The position numbers and the translations under genes are program-made. 64,000 bases of DNA from Antedon mediterranea (Eukaryota > Animalia > Echinodermata): contig NC_092675.1 of assembly GCF_964355755.1 (NCBI RefSeq), positions 17,394,912 to 17,458,911 on the forward strand, written 5' to 3'. Below the pieces are notes generated by a model. The model saw nothing but the letters and a program-made list of their open reading frames with translations. It did not search any database and was not told the DNA's origin. Below, one piece after another: positions 36,340 through 50,000 of the stretch; within the stretch, counting starts at the first letter, position 1, and each line of letters starts with the position of its first letter.

Positions 36340-37900
36340 CAACTACAACTCCACCTGGCCCTATCACCTCACCATCTTCGTCATACAACAATAATTATTT
36401 TTAGACAATGTTTCATGTGAGGAAGTTTTAAGGAAAGTTCTAAACTTTAAAAGTAAATATTTATATGGACTTGATAATATCGATATGCATATGGTAAAAA
36501 GATTAATATATGAAATTGTTCAATCTGTAACGCGTATATGTAACCTGTCATTAGAAGTGCAAAGGTAATACTGGTGATAAACAAGATTTTTAACAACTAT
36601 AGGCCAATCTCTTTACTTCCGCAATTTTCAAAAATATTAGAAAAGATGTTTAACTAATTTAATTAATTACATTTATAAACAAAAATAATTTGGTTTTCGC
36701 CCAAATTATTATACAACCCATGCCTTATTTAAACTTAATGAAGACATTACATCCGCAGTACTGGATTGGCGTCTTTATAGATCTAAAGAAAGCTTTTGAC
36801 ACCATTTACGGAATTCGAGGTGTGGCTTCAAGGTGATTAAAAAGTTATTTATCAAATCGGGTCCAAATAGTATCAGTTCATAATGAAATGTCTGATCCTA
36901 TAGAAATGACATGCGGTGTGCCGCAACCGCATGTTGGTGCCTTCCTTATTCTTGCTGTACATAAATGATATTTATCGTGTGTCGTCATTCCTTAATTTTA
37001 TCTTATTTGCTGATGATACAAATCTTATTTGCTCAGGCAAAAATTCGAAACAAGTTTGCAGTATTGTCAGAAATGAGTTAAATAAACTTCATATATTGTT
37101 TGCAGTGAATAAACTTTCGTAAACGTAAAAAAAAATACAAATTATATAATCTTCCATTCCAAAAACGTTACATGAGAAACCAAAGTAACCATAGACGATG
37201 TTGAAATTGACCGGGTTTATAGCACTACATTTCTTGGAATAGAAATTGATTGTAAGCTTAATTGGAAAAAAACATGTTAAACACATACAAACAAAAATTG
37301 CTAAAAACATCAGTATAATTTATAGATTAAGAAAACTACTTGAAAGTAGTGTATTATTTATTCTGTATAATTCATTACCATGCATTAATTATTGTTGTGA
37401 AATATGGGGTAACACTTATAAAATTACATTACAGCATTTGTTTTTGTTACAAAAAAGGGTAATTAGAATTGTCTATAAAGCTGGCTATTTTGCTCACACT
37501 AAACCAATTTTCTATACATTTTAAAACATTATAATGTACAAAGCCCATAGACAACAACTTCCTCTTATAATCCAACGGTATTTTAAACAAAATAAAGATA
37601 TTCATAACTATAATACCAGACAGCATGAACATTTTAATACCAAAACTACGTTAAAACCAATGTGTTTATCAAATAAAGGAATTTTAATATGGAATAAACT
37701 CTCCGTTGAACTTAAATACTCCCCAAATGTTCATGTATTTAGAAAACTGTACAAAAAACGTCTATTAGAAAATTATATAATATGATAAAGTACGGTGATT
37801 ATAAATCCATTCCTATTTATTAATGAATTTGATATTGAAATGTTTTTTTTTCTTTTATAAGCATCTGCTTCATGTATAAGCACATAAGCTTCTTCGTGAT
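36340..37900 (+). mobile_element. Decayed LINE (L2/Crack/Daphne-like) ORF2, RT through C-terminus
   Basis: Frameshifted NYRPISLLPQFSKILEK, FIDLKKAFDT, LFLLYINDI, ILFADDTNL, YCCEIWGNT and LQKRVIRI motifs. Confidence 0.9.
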
Positions 37901-38679
37901 TGCTATAGCGGATCATTTCCCTGGTTTATCTTGCATCTTGAAAATATTCTCACTGTTACTAACTCGTATCATTCTTGTACTGTTCTCTCTGTATATCAGA
38001 TAACTAAAATGCCTGACATCCATGTTTACTGAATCCTTAAACTGGTAGTGAATGACTATCTTTTTTTTAAAGTTTCAGCTTCTGGAACATCCCTGAGTAT
38101 GTCACATATGTATGATGTCAGATTTGGCTGAAGAAATTTAAATTGGTCTATGATCATGCTCTACTTTATGATATTCACCAACTCCAGTGGTTGGTCAGCA
38201 GATTTTCTGTCAGCTTTTGTTCGTAAATTTTGTTTTAATATGCTCTATTAGAAATGGTTGCCTTATAGAAATCAGCAACGGTTTAGAGCGATGCTTTTAT
38301 CAGTGGCTTATAAAATTCTATTTGTTTTCTCTTTCAATAAGTTGTTATTTTAAATGTGAGCTCTTCCTCATCATCCGTCAGGTTGAAAAGATATTGTGTA
38401 TTATGTTTCTGTACCATATAATTCTATTTTGAATCATTCATGATCAGTTCATCCACTCAGTTTTTAAAATATTTGGTGCTGATTGCTCATGGAGTTTGAT
38501 CTTTTATCACCGACGAGTATAAATAGTATATCCATAAAAGCAAAAGCCAAGATAGCATAGATGCAAGTATTAAGATGGCGAACCCTTCTAACGTTAATAG
38601 AGTTCAATTGATTAGGGTGTTCAAAAACAGAGACTCAATTGACCCAGGTTTCTCTTTCAAGATTTTTCGAAACAGAAAC

Positions 38680-40850
38680 CTCAAAAAAAACTTTTGTTAT
38701 TGTACAACAACAACTTCTCAATAATTATGTTATAGGGGCCCGGGTCTTTTGACATTTCTAAAAAACAGAGACCCCAACAAATATTTCTCAACTTTAGGTC
38801 GTATAGGGAGTCTCTGTTTTTTTTAGATTTCTCGAAAACATAAATCCCCCAAAACAAGGCCATATACATGGCTGCAGTCGCGTGCTCAAGTTAGTGTTTA
38901 CCGACCAACCAACCGACCGACATAGTGAGCTGTAGAGTCACCTTGCACGCGACTAAAAAACTTCTCAATATTACGTTATATATAGGTAGTAATAATATTG
39001 TAGTAAAATATATGGCCTTTCATACCTATAATACTTTACCTATTTTCCCGATAAAAATCGAAACGCTGACTGGTGGACAACATAAACAAAGAAAATTAAC
39101 AATAGACTGGGGAAAAGTCTATAAAACTTTGTGTAATTAACAGATGTTCTATCTAAATTATGTTAAAACCACATTTTGAGAAAATGACACTTGTATTTAA
39201 TTTCCTATGCTTTTATGTGTAAAATAAAATGTTTATTTTATAATTACTATAATATGAAACATTAGTTGATCTTCAAAAATAGTTTTTGTGGATAGATCTG
39301 TTGATGTAGACATTTTCCATGAAAAAAAGTAAAAATTCTATATTTTGAACTTGTTTGACCTTTTGACGCTATAAACTGACCATAACACCCAAAACTGAGG
39401 ATGGCATCCACCCTATCATTTTTGTCAACCCACAAAGGATATATTCAACATGGTTGCCTGCTATTAAGAAAATCATGGGGGCATCTGATAATAGCAGGCA
39501 ACCACATGGAATATATCCCTTATGGGATGACAACAAAGATATGGGTGGATGCCACTTTCAAATTTCAGGTCAAATGTCATTTTCAAACGGTTATAAGGTC
39601 AAATATGATCAACTAGGGGTTTAAACTGTTTTCAACAACTAATAAACTAATAATTAAAACAAAGGTAATCATTATTGATGATCAAGTTAATCAATTTTTT
39701 AACTTAAAAGTTTAAAGGTCATTGTCAAGGTCAAATAGAGCACAAACCTGTTAATTATCGGTATTAGTAATTGAAATTAATATAATTTTCATGAGGTTAG
39801 CCTGGGGTTGATGGTTATAGTGTGGTGTCAAAAAGACTAGAATTGTACTGAGAAGAGTTTGAATCACTCTTGGAAGGTGTTCAGGGGTGGGGAGTACGAG
39901 TCCTAGAGTATTAAAATAACCGGCACTACTAGAGTGTCTTAAATTACATTTAAAAACCGTCACAGAGGTAGGTTGGGTGTAATGGGCCAATTTTAAGTGT
40001 TTCCCTTTAACCGAAGTGAATACAATTTAAGGGAAATACAGTACTTAAATATTTATTGAGTAAAGTAAGTCTAGTTGGAGGTAGCATTTCAAGACCTTCC
40101 AAAGACTATGTCTGTTATTATACAGGATTGGATGCGTTAGGAACGTTTTCCATTTTATTTATTTGTTTAAACCATATTTATAAAGGGGAATTCTAAACAG
40201 CGTATATTGACAATCAAGGGGCTCTCTTGATGAGTGACAATGGCTGTGTGTATACAAGTACACCGGGGTAACCCCTAGTCGTCTCGAAAGATGTACTATG
40301 TTCTTTAAATATTTTTAAAGATAGCATATAGATGTGAAGGCCTCGAGAAGGAGAACCCATAGGCCTACTACTCTTTCCAACCTTGATAAAGTCCAATATT
40401 TAGAGTTTTTGAAAACAAAGACCGATACCCAGGTTTCTTATTTGAGATTTTTTGAAACACAAACCTCAACAAAAACTTGTATCATTGAAAGATTGAACAA
40501 CAAAACTGTTTCAATATTTACATAGACCCAACAAAAACTTCTCAACATTAGGTCATATGTTTTTCGTGATTTTTCTAAAACAGAGACACCAAAACAAAAT
40601 CTCAATATTACATTACATATACTACTTTACCTATTTTTCTGATAAAAATCAAAACGCTAACTGGTGGACAACATAAGAAAGACAAATTAACAACAGACTG
40701 GGGGAAAGTCTAATATAAAACTGTGTAAAAGTCAAATATAAAACTGTGTGAAAGTAGTCTAATATAAAACTGTGTGAAAATATGTAAAAACCAAATTTGA
40801 AGAAAATGACACTTTTGTATTTCATTTCATATGTTTTTATGTGTACAATA
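38680..40850 (+). repeat. Diverged direct repeat pair (~38680-39230 and ~40460-40850) with internal aacagagac motifs; probably non-autonomous DNA-element remnants
   Basis: Shared block tactttacctatttt...gataaaaatc.aaacgct.actggtggaca...aaattaacaa.agactgggg...aagtct...gaaaatgacactt. Confidence 0.65.
38873..38960 (+). mobile_element. Short Helentron/DINE-1-like element end
   Basis: Inverted pair agtcgcgtgc ... gcacgcgact enclosing a (ccaa/ccga)n microsatellite and followed by an A-run, the typical layout of Helentron-associated elements. Confidence 0.5.
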
Positions 40851-40875
40851 TACTGTTTATCTCATAATTACTATG

Positions 40876-41850
40876 TGCACGAGGGACTATCATGGAGTGC
40901 ACGAAAGACAATCATGGAGTGCACGAAAGACTATCATGGAGTGCACCAGAGACTATCATAAGTGCACTAGAGACTATAATGAGTGCACAAGAGAATATTA
41001 TGGAGTGCACAAGAGACTATCATGGAGTGCATGAGAGACTTTCATAGAGTGCACGAGAGACTACCATGGAATGCACGAGAGACTATCATGGAGTGCACGG
41101 GAGACTATCATGAAGTGCACGAGAGACTATAATGGAGTGCACGAGAGAATATCATGGAGTCCACAGAGACTATAATGGAGTGCATGCGAGACTATCATTG
41201 AGTCCACAGAAACTATCATGGAGTGCATGAGAGACTATCATGAAGTGCATGAGAGACTATCATAGAGTGCACAAAAGACTATCATGGAGTGCATGAGAGA
41301 CTATCATAGAGTGCACAAGAGACTATCATGGAGTGCATGAAAGACTATCATAGAGTCCAGACTATCATGGAGTGCACAAGAGACTATCATGGAGTGCATG
41401 AAAGACTATCATGGAGTGCACAAGGGACTATAATGGAGTGCACAAGAGACTATCATGGAGTGCACAAGAGACTATCATGGAGTGCATGAAAGACAATCAT
41501 AGAGTCCAGACTATCATGGAGTGCACAAGAGACTATCATGGAGTGCATGAGAGACTATCATGAAGTGCACGAGGGACTACAATGGAGTGCACAAGAGACT
41601 ATCATGGAGTGCATGAGAGACTATCATAGAGTCCAGACTATCATGGAGTGCACAAGAGACTATCATGGAGTGCACAAGAGACTATCATGGAGTGCATGAG
41701 AGACTATCATGAAGTGCACGAGGGACTACAATGGAGTGCACAAGAGACTATCATGGAGTGCATGAGAGACTATCATAGAGTCCAGACTATCATGGAGTGC
41801 ACAAGAGACTATCATGGAGTGCACAAGAGACTATCATGGAGTGCATGAGA
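40876..41850. repeat. 22-bp minisatellite GAGACTATCATGGAGTGCACAA (~45 copies) with higher-order structure
   Basis: Direct reading; period 22 (cacaag at 41651 and 41673). Confidence 0.95.
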
Positions 41851-41973
41851 GTCTTTAGTCAGTCATGAAACAGTACTACGTATCGTAGGCAAATATTTGC
41901 TTGTGGACTGAAACGCAATCCGTTTAAACTTGCAAACCATTTGCACTATCAAGTGTCTGTGAAAGAGCCAGCA

Positions 41974-42085
41974 GAGACTACCATGGAGTCCATAAGACTA
42001 CAATGCAGTCCATGAGGGACTGTCATAGAGTCCATGAGAGAGAGAGTCATGAAGTCCATGAGACTGTCATAGAGTCCATGAGATA
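41974..42085. repeat. Short array related to the 22-bp minisatellite (gagactgtcatagagtccatga)
   Basis: Direct reading. Confidence 0.75.
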
Positions 42086-42279
42086 GTGGTCTCCACCAGC
42101 AGCAGAAAAATAGAATGAAAAAAGTTATAAACTATAAAACAGAAGTCTTCTATTCATACTGAAAGTAATTTTTTATTTTGTATTGTATATACATATACAT
42201 TTACAGTATATTATTTCAATGTTTATACTGTTTAAGTACATTTAAACTTTTTATTAAATTTTTTTAATCTTTTTAATAT

Positions 42280-42510
42280 ACGATATGATACGATACGATA
42301 AAACTTTATTGTCACAACGGCAAAAATATACAGTTATGAGATATGGTTCCTTACAGTAGGTACACCCGAGTAGTTAGTATGAATATAACATAAATTACAA
42401 GACTAAAATAAATAATAAACAGAGAAATGTAACAAAAACATGAGTAAAAGCGAACTAGCGTTTAAAATCTCTATTAAACAGCCTGACAGCTGATGGAATA
42501 TGTGTTTCTA
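42280..42510 (-). mobile_element. 3' end of a Rex1/Babar-like LINE
   Basis: On the - strand: IPSAVRL-like C-terminal codons, then aataaag and a (tatcg)n tail. Confidence 0.55.
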
Positions 42511-42589
42511 AATCTAGGCCTATTAACTCAAACATTTTATATTTCTTAAGAGTTTTATATTTGATTTGACTTTTTATTTTAAGATGATG

Positions 42590-42895
42590 TAATCATCGTA
42601 ATAGAGCTACTAAATCTCCTAAAGACCATCAGTCACTTCAGAATGATTTAACCTGTATACTTCAATGGAGCATAACTAATAATATGCTTCTGAATTCAAC
42701 AAAATGTAAATGTATGCGCGTAACAAGGTCATTTAGGTTAAGTAAACTTGGTAATAATTATAAAATTGAACCAGGTTACCTCATACAAGTACATTGGGAT
42801 AACTTTTACCTCAAAATTAGATTGGGAATTACATGTGTCTCAGACAAAAGCTTCGAAATTAATGGGTTTTTTAAGAGCATTGAGAAAGAAAAATA
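42590..42895 (+). mobile_element. Short CR1-group RT fragment
   Basis: SPKDHQSLQNDLTCILQWSITNNMLLNSTKCKCMRV, typical of the segment after the RT catalytic motif. Confidence 0.65.
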
Positions 42896-43627
42896 AAATG
42901 TAATTGTGCTCTCTATTTTGTGTCAAAACAGTATACAATATATACTGTATACATACTACATACAGTTTAGCATAGTTAGATTTACGGGAGCTGTCTTTTA
43001 TACCAATTTTGAACATGATGACATCATCAAAATGAAACACGAAGATAGCAATATTGGAAGGAAATTATCCGAGCAACAACATATTAACGTGTTGAAGAAA
43101 TTTGGACATGTAGAATATAGATGCGCACTCTTATGTGATGATGCAAAAGATGAAAATACAACTTTTAAAATTCAACTGTCCATATGACGTCACAACGTCA
43201 CAACATCCGATACACAAAATGTTTACATGAATTCGTATCTACAATTCAACAGCTTCCAGAAAACGTTTTATATAATGAGTATCACTTTTTATTCTGAGGA
43301 GCTATAACATATTGAAATTTACTGTAAAGATTAAAATAAGTGACCCACGTTATTCACACTTTTGAACACGATAACGTCATCAAAATTAAATTGTAACTCT
43401 TACAAGAGATAATTGATTGAGCAAACAAATATTAATATCTGGGAAAAAATGAGTTACGAGATGCGCTCTACTAAATGTGATGTGAGCTATGACGAAATAG
43501 GCAAAAATCCTATATTTTATATTCCAGTGGCCATACGATGACATCATAACATCCAAGAGCTAACAATTTTTCACGAATTCATATCTACAACTTTATCGAC
43601 ATTGCATTATGAGTTTAACAAATTTGA

Positions 43628-43950
43628 GGCCATGGAGTCCATGAGAGACTACCATGGAGTCCATGAGAGACTGCCATGGAGTCCACGACAGACTGCCATG
43701 GAGTCCATGAGATGGCCATGGAGTCCATGAAAGACTATCATGGAGTCCATGACAGACTGCCACGGAGTCCATTAAAGACTACCATGGACTGCCATGCAGT
43801 CCATGAGAGACTGCCATGCAGTCCATAAAAGACTGCCATAGACTGCCATGCAGTCCATCAGAGACTGCCATGGAGTCCATGAGAGACTGCCATAGACTGC
43901 CATGGAGTCCATGAGAGACTGCCATAGAGTCCATGAGACTGCCATGCAAT
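43628..43950. repeat. ~21-bp minisatellite GAGACTGCCATGGAGTCCATG, just downstream of the PIK3C3 stop
   Basis: Direct reading; related to the array at 40876-41850. Confidence 0.9.
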
Positions 43951-44058
43951 CATCATGAGGATTATGTAGTGGTGATGCTTTGAATAAGGCAGCTGTTACT
44001 GCTACTGATTGCAAATTTAGCTATTCAAAAAGCTCATTATATCAAGTACTATTTATCA

Positions 44059-47000
44059 TCATCTTCTCCAATACTGAAAAAAAAAAATGAATAAATAATT
44101 TCAATAAATAACCACAAAAAAATATTTTATGAATTTAAAATTATCGAGAATTTAACTACAGTACTTAATTTAATAAAAAGCACAGAAAAATAGGAATAAT
44201 GACATAAAAAACATATTTCTTCCCAGTAATTATCACTTAATAAGGGGGAGGGGAAAATATTACTCTTGCATGTAAAATTCATGATGAATAACTATGTAAT
44301 TTAGACTACTTATTATCATTACCTGTGCAAATTTATGTATCTGCTCAACCACAGCAGCAAACACTGCCCCCACACTGACATCAATTAAGTTCTGCATGTA
44401 ATGTACGGCTTCTTCCTCAGTTAGATCTAAACGGAATTTATCCTGTACCTAAAAACAAAGGTTGAAGAAATCAGAGAATTGTGGAGATTACAGTGAAAGT
44501 TGCATCAGCACCGGTTTTAAGAGAGTTTTCAGTTACAATTGAATATTCACATATATTTCTGAATACAGTAATAAGTTTTTCTATGATAATAATTGTCTTT
44601 CTTTCAACAGACTGACTACCTTTTTGACTGTTTTGTCTGGTTCCAATGCTATGTCTGGTACACTTGCATCCACCATCAACGAAAATAAATTCAGGATCAA
44701 ATTGGCATGCCTAAAATTACACAAAAAAAAAAAGAATCATAAAAAAAAACCATATTTTCAAGCCTGTTACAGTAATTGATCTGTATTAAACAAAATAATC
44801 AGCTAATTTCTTAACCAATAAAGTGCAAATGATTAGTCATTACAAAACAACCAGATGCCTAATCACATTGCAACAATTTGTCTTTCAGGTCAAAGGTTAA
44901 AAATTATAGCATTTATCCTACAATTATCTGATTTGAATGATACAATATATATATATATATTTATCGGATAATAAATCGGTTAAACCCCGTTTCCACAGGC
45001 AGTTTATAGGTTAATTATCGATTAATTATCAGCTAATTATCAAATGGCGACCTAAAATGGTTAATACGTATTTACAATATTGTCAAAGTATTGCAATACT
45101 ATATCTCAGTTGTAAGTTTATTCTTCAAGAGCCCATAAATTTACCTACTTGTGTTAAACCCAGGGCTCATAAATTTACCTACAAACCGGGAGTCTGAGAG
45201 ATTGAAATATTTCATTCATCGCAAATCAATACATTTGTATAACGTATATTAAATCTATCAAAATAGTATTTAAAAAACAAAAATCGGCCTGTCTTCAACA
45301 TTATGATACTGTACTCGAGCTGTTCAACCGGTTTTCAGCTATTAAAAACAATTATCGTAGGAGGAGATAGGAAAATGAGAAGCATCCTTGTATTATTGTG
45401 TGCAGGTATTTTTCAAGATGGACATCCATTAGACAGTGTATACCCCGATCGGAAAATACCCCTATTTGGGGCAAATCATTGAACCTAAATTCGTTTTAAT
45501 TGTCAATAACTAATTATCTAACTCAATTTAATTAGTAAACAGGGTTACATCAGGTGGTTAAAATTGGTAGGGCCCTTATAGGGCGGAGGTGGGAAGGCAG
45601 AGTTCATTTAAGGTGCTTATTCAAGGATATATTTAATTTTTTAGTTTTAATAATATGGTAACATTTATAATCAAATAAAATCCTCTAATAGATATGAAAA
45701 GTGGTAAAAAAGAATAAAATATGCTTGGTAAATTGTAGATAACAGTGCGATGAATTCTACTACAAATAATAAATTGTGTTATTATAAATATAATACAATA
45801 TTGTGTGTATAAATGTGGATGGCCGTTTATTAGATAGTTCAGTTGGGAGCGATTATTATTTAAAGTGATGTTTTATTGGGGAGGCGTTTATTCAAATAAA
45901 TACCATCCTAATAATTAATACATTATTTAATCTTTTGAAAGTAACTTCCGCGACAGAGAGGGCCGTTTCACTCGATTTTAAACAAAATGTCTTATCATCA
46001 GATCTTCCTATGTAATTTCATAATACTATTCCCCACAATATATTCCGATGCCTTAATTATGGCGTGTCAGAATTAACCATAATTTATATATAGATGTATT
46101 GGGTATTCTACTTTCAGCGAGAAAATTATTACACACACACACAAAAATTGAAGTTTTTGCTTTTTAGTGTAAATTTTAAAACATAAAAAATGAATCCCTT
46201 TAGTAGAAAAAAATCATTAAAAACATTGGCCAAAATGTATTTAAATCATAATAAATCATTTAAGACGATTGATGAACTTAAGTGCTGTAATGAGTTTACA
46301 AATAGAGACAGTTTTGTAAATCCACATTTGATTGATGAGACAACCGATGCTATAAGTAGCTTTCAAGCTTTGGATTAAGATTACTTAGATCAAAACAAAC
46401 TGCTGTAAATAATAATGATAACGATCAAAAGAAAATAGTTAAATTGCGCTTAGATAAGTTGATTAAAGATGGCAAACAAAAGTTTGGTGAGAAGATTAGG
46501 GATAGTTTTAAAAATGGTAATCCCAAGAGTGCATGGAATGATTTAAAAACTATTATTTGTAATGAAAAGAGAAAGGAAATGGTTATTCAGTCAGATGTTG
46601 AACATTGTGATTTTGCAAATAAGCTTAATGAATTTTTGTAACAGGTTTGGTTACTAACGAATTGGACGATGAACTCATAACAAACATTGAAAGAATCATT
46701 GATAACATGTATAAATGATAATGACAATGCTTTTGATGATTTAAGAGTAAATGTATTAGATGTTGAAAATCTATATATAAATTTACGTAAGGGCAAAATT
46801 CGGTAAATCTCGGTTTATTTCTAGAATTTCTACTCGATGGTATATAAAGTTGGTTCATACTTTCGGTACTGATTTTAACCATCTGATGTAACCCTGTTTA
46901 CTAATTAAATTGAGTTAGGTAATTAGTTATTGACGATTAAAACGAATTTAGGTTCAACGATTTGCCCCAAATAGGGGTGTTTTCCGATCGTGGTATACAC

Positions 47001-50000
47001 TGTCTAATGAATGTCCATCTTGAAAAATACCCGCCACAAAAATACGAGGAGGCTTCGCATTTTCCTATCTCCTCCTACGATAATTGTTTTTAATAGCTGA
47101 AAACTGGTTGAACAGCTAGAGTACAGCATCATAATGTTGAAGACAGGCCGATTTTCTTTAAAAAATACTATTTTGATAGATTTAATATACGATTATACAA
47201 ATGTATTGATTTGCGATGAATGGAACATTCCAATCTCTGTTTCACAAGTGTCTATTTCCTCAGGCGTCGTAAAGGCAAGTACAGTACTGTATACTCGAAA
47301 TTCGATCCATTTTTGTTTTCAATCTGTGCTGCAGAGGTTGGATATAATTTTTTTTTAAACGGATAATGAGCTAGCGTTTTCACTCGCCGTATATTATGTA
47401 CAAATCTTTATTATTGCAGTTAAACCACCCACATCATCACCTTTCCCTCACTGGCATGAGTAGCGTTGTAAAACCAGTAGAGAATAGGCCTACGGTACAT
47501 CACATGCCCTAAACGCAGAACAACTTTGGTGGGTAGGAACCAACTTAAGTATGAATTGGCTCTAAGAAACAATTGAAAACCATTAGGCCTACTAATTAAG
47601 TTGAGTTAGATAATTTAATATTTATTGACGATTAAATCGAATTTATGATTTTCCCCGAATAGAGGTGGTTTTCACAAATTGTTTTACATTATATTATAAA
47701 CATATACACGTCGTAGTGATGTATCGTTACATGTGCTGTACTATTTCAATCGACTAGGACGGTGATAGTTTCAACAAAGTATTACATCCCAATGTTTTAC
47801 TGTGTTTAGTGGTATATTATTTGTAAAACATGAAAGCAATTAATATTTCGTTACTAAATGGATAAAAAATATATTTTAACATTGTTCCTCTTTGCACCCA
47901 TCCTCTTCCCCATCCCTCAACCCTAATGTTACATACAAAACACAAATTAAGTTTGTTTAAATTTGACTTAAACAATTGGTCTTATTTTGTGACAAGTTTC
48001 TCTTTTGGAAGTTAGAGGGTGCTAATTTTAGTTGAGTACATAAATCACAGTGTCTATTTATTCGTTCCTGTACACGACATGTCCTGCGGTACGTACATTT
48101 GAAATCGCCAGTTTTTTAACGCTGAAATTATTATGTATTCGAGAACCATCTGTGGGCACGACCTAGACCATCTAGTATATTTAAATGTACAAAGGCAACA
48201 AAAATCTGTTGGGCCAGATCAAATTGTTGGCAAGGTATCTTGCGCCGATTTTCACGGACATCTTTAATTGGTCACTAGAGAGTGGTAAGGTTCCCAAGTT
48301 ATGGAAATCTGCAAATATTACTCCGCTAAATAAGGTTATTCAACCTAAAGGTATGAATGACTATAGGCCCATTGCATTAACATCGCTTGCTATGAAGGGT
48401 TTCGAATAATTTTTTAAACATATGTTAAAAGAAACACAGTATCAAGCAAACCCATCCCAATTTGGATTGTTCAAATAGAAGCGTAGAGGATGCTACTTTG
48501 TGTCTCTTACAACCAATCTATGAGCACTTAGATAAGGCAAAGTGTTATGTAAGATCATTGTTTATTGACTACAGTTCCGCATTCAATATACGGGAACACC
48601 GCAAGGATGTTTGTCATCCCCACTTTTATTTTCAATATATGTTGGTGATTTATGATGTAATGTTAATTCATGTAACCTTATCAAGTTTGCAGATGATATG
48701 ATGTGTTTGACTGGTCTTATTACAGGAGGAGATGAATTTGTACTGTATATAGAGAAAAAGTATGAAGGGTTTTAGATGGGTGTAATACTAACTATTTGTG
48801 TATTAATTCTAAAAAAAACAAAGAGCTTATATTTGACTTCAGAAAAAATGTTAATCACATTCCACTTGTTATTGACAGAAATTATGTTGAAAATCCAGAG
48901 TCTCCTAAATATGCTACCCCTCTCAGTCCTAACCTAGCTACATGTATTGCGACTACTACACTATCTAGCTAGGCTAGGACAATGGATAGGCTAGGTTACC
49001 TATCTTTTATCTCTTATTTTCTCTAAACTGTGTTTCTAACAAATCAATACACCATGTAGCAGGAAACAATTTTCATACAAGCATATCATTTTTTTTCGCC
49101 AGGAATGTCCGTTTACAACGTCTGTTTAAGTAAAAAAATAAATCAAATTTCCTCGACTCGAGAATGATGCATGTTTTGATTTGGTACACAATGCTGCACT
49201 CCGTGTGTTTTGGGAGATCCCCCAATCTGCAATCATAATACCACGTGGTACAATTTTGAACAAGTTTCCTTCGCGGGACCAAATCACTCACGCCGATACA
49301 TGTATATATCAAAATAGAGTCCCAAAATCAATCGATGATTTCTCAAAATTGACACGCACAATTGTGGAGAACTTTTGATATGTTGTTAACTATGAAATTA
49401 ATATTGTACATTTGTTACCTAACTAGCCTAACACTGGAACGAGATGAAACGATATGGCTTATGGCCTATGTTGGATTTCCCGAAAAAAAAGAAAGAATTG
49501 TTTCGTACATTAAAAAAAGCACTAGTAAAGATCATTATATAATGCATTGCACGCATTGTGACCCACAATCTTCCAATCAATGAAAATTCATGAAAAATAC
49601 CATACGTCTGTGAATTTTGCCATTTTTAGGAAATTGTATTTTTGTTCAATCAAAAATTGACATTCTTTAAGGAGCTTTTGTAAACTAGTCTGAATCATGT
49701 TATGTTTGGTACCTATCTTTTCATAATAATATCAGCTACCATAATTTTTTTTAATCTGGCCAATGGAAAATGGTTTTTATTGGTGTTAGGCTCATAAAAT
49801 ATCTATCATTGACTGTTATTGGCTATAAAGATTAAATACGCTCTCTGATAGTTTATGATGAACCAGCATGGCTGTTATCGTAGTTTGTCGAATGAACCTT
49901 TCAACATTTTGTGAATATTTGGGAATTAAATAGTTATTTTTTTCAATATATTTTTTTTAAATAAAAAAAAATAAAAATTGTGTACCACTACATAATGATA

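Noticed and set aside
40876-41850. CRISPR-like array
   Set aside because: Contiguous tandem monomers with no unique spacers, no cas genes, eukaryotic context.
45197-47238. A single TIR transposon that captured a LINE fragment
   Set aside because: The LINE continues collinearly outside the right arm (from ~48220), so the right arm inserted into the LINE.
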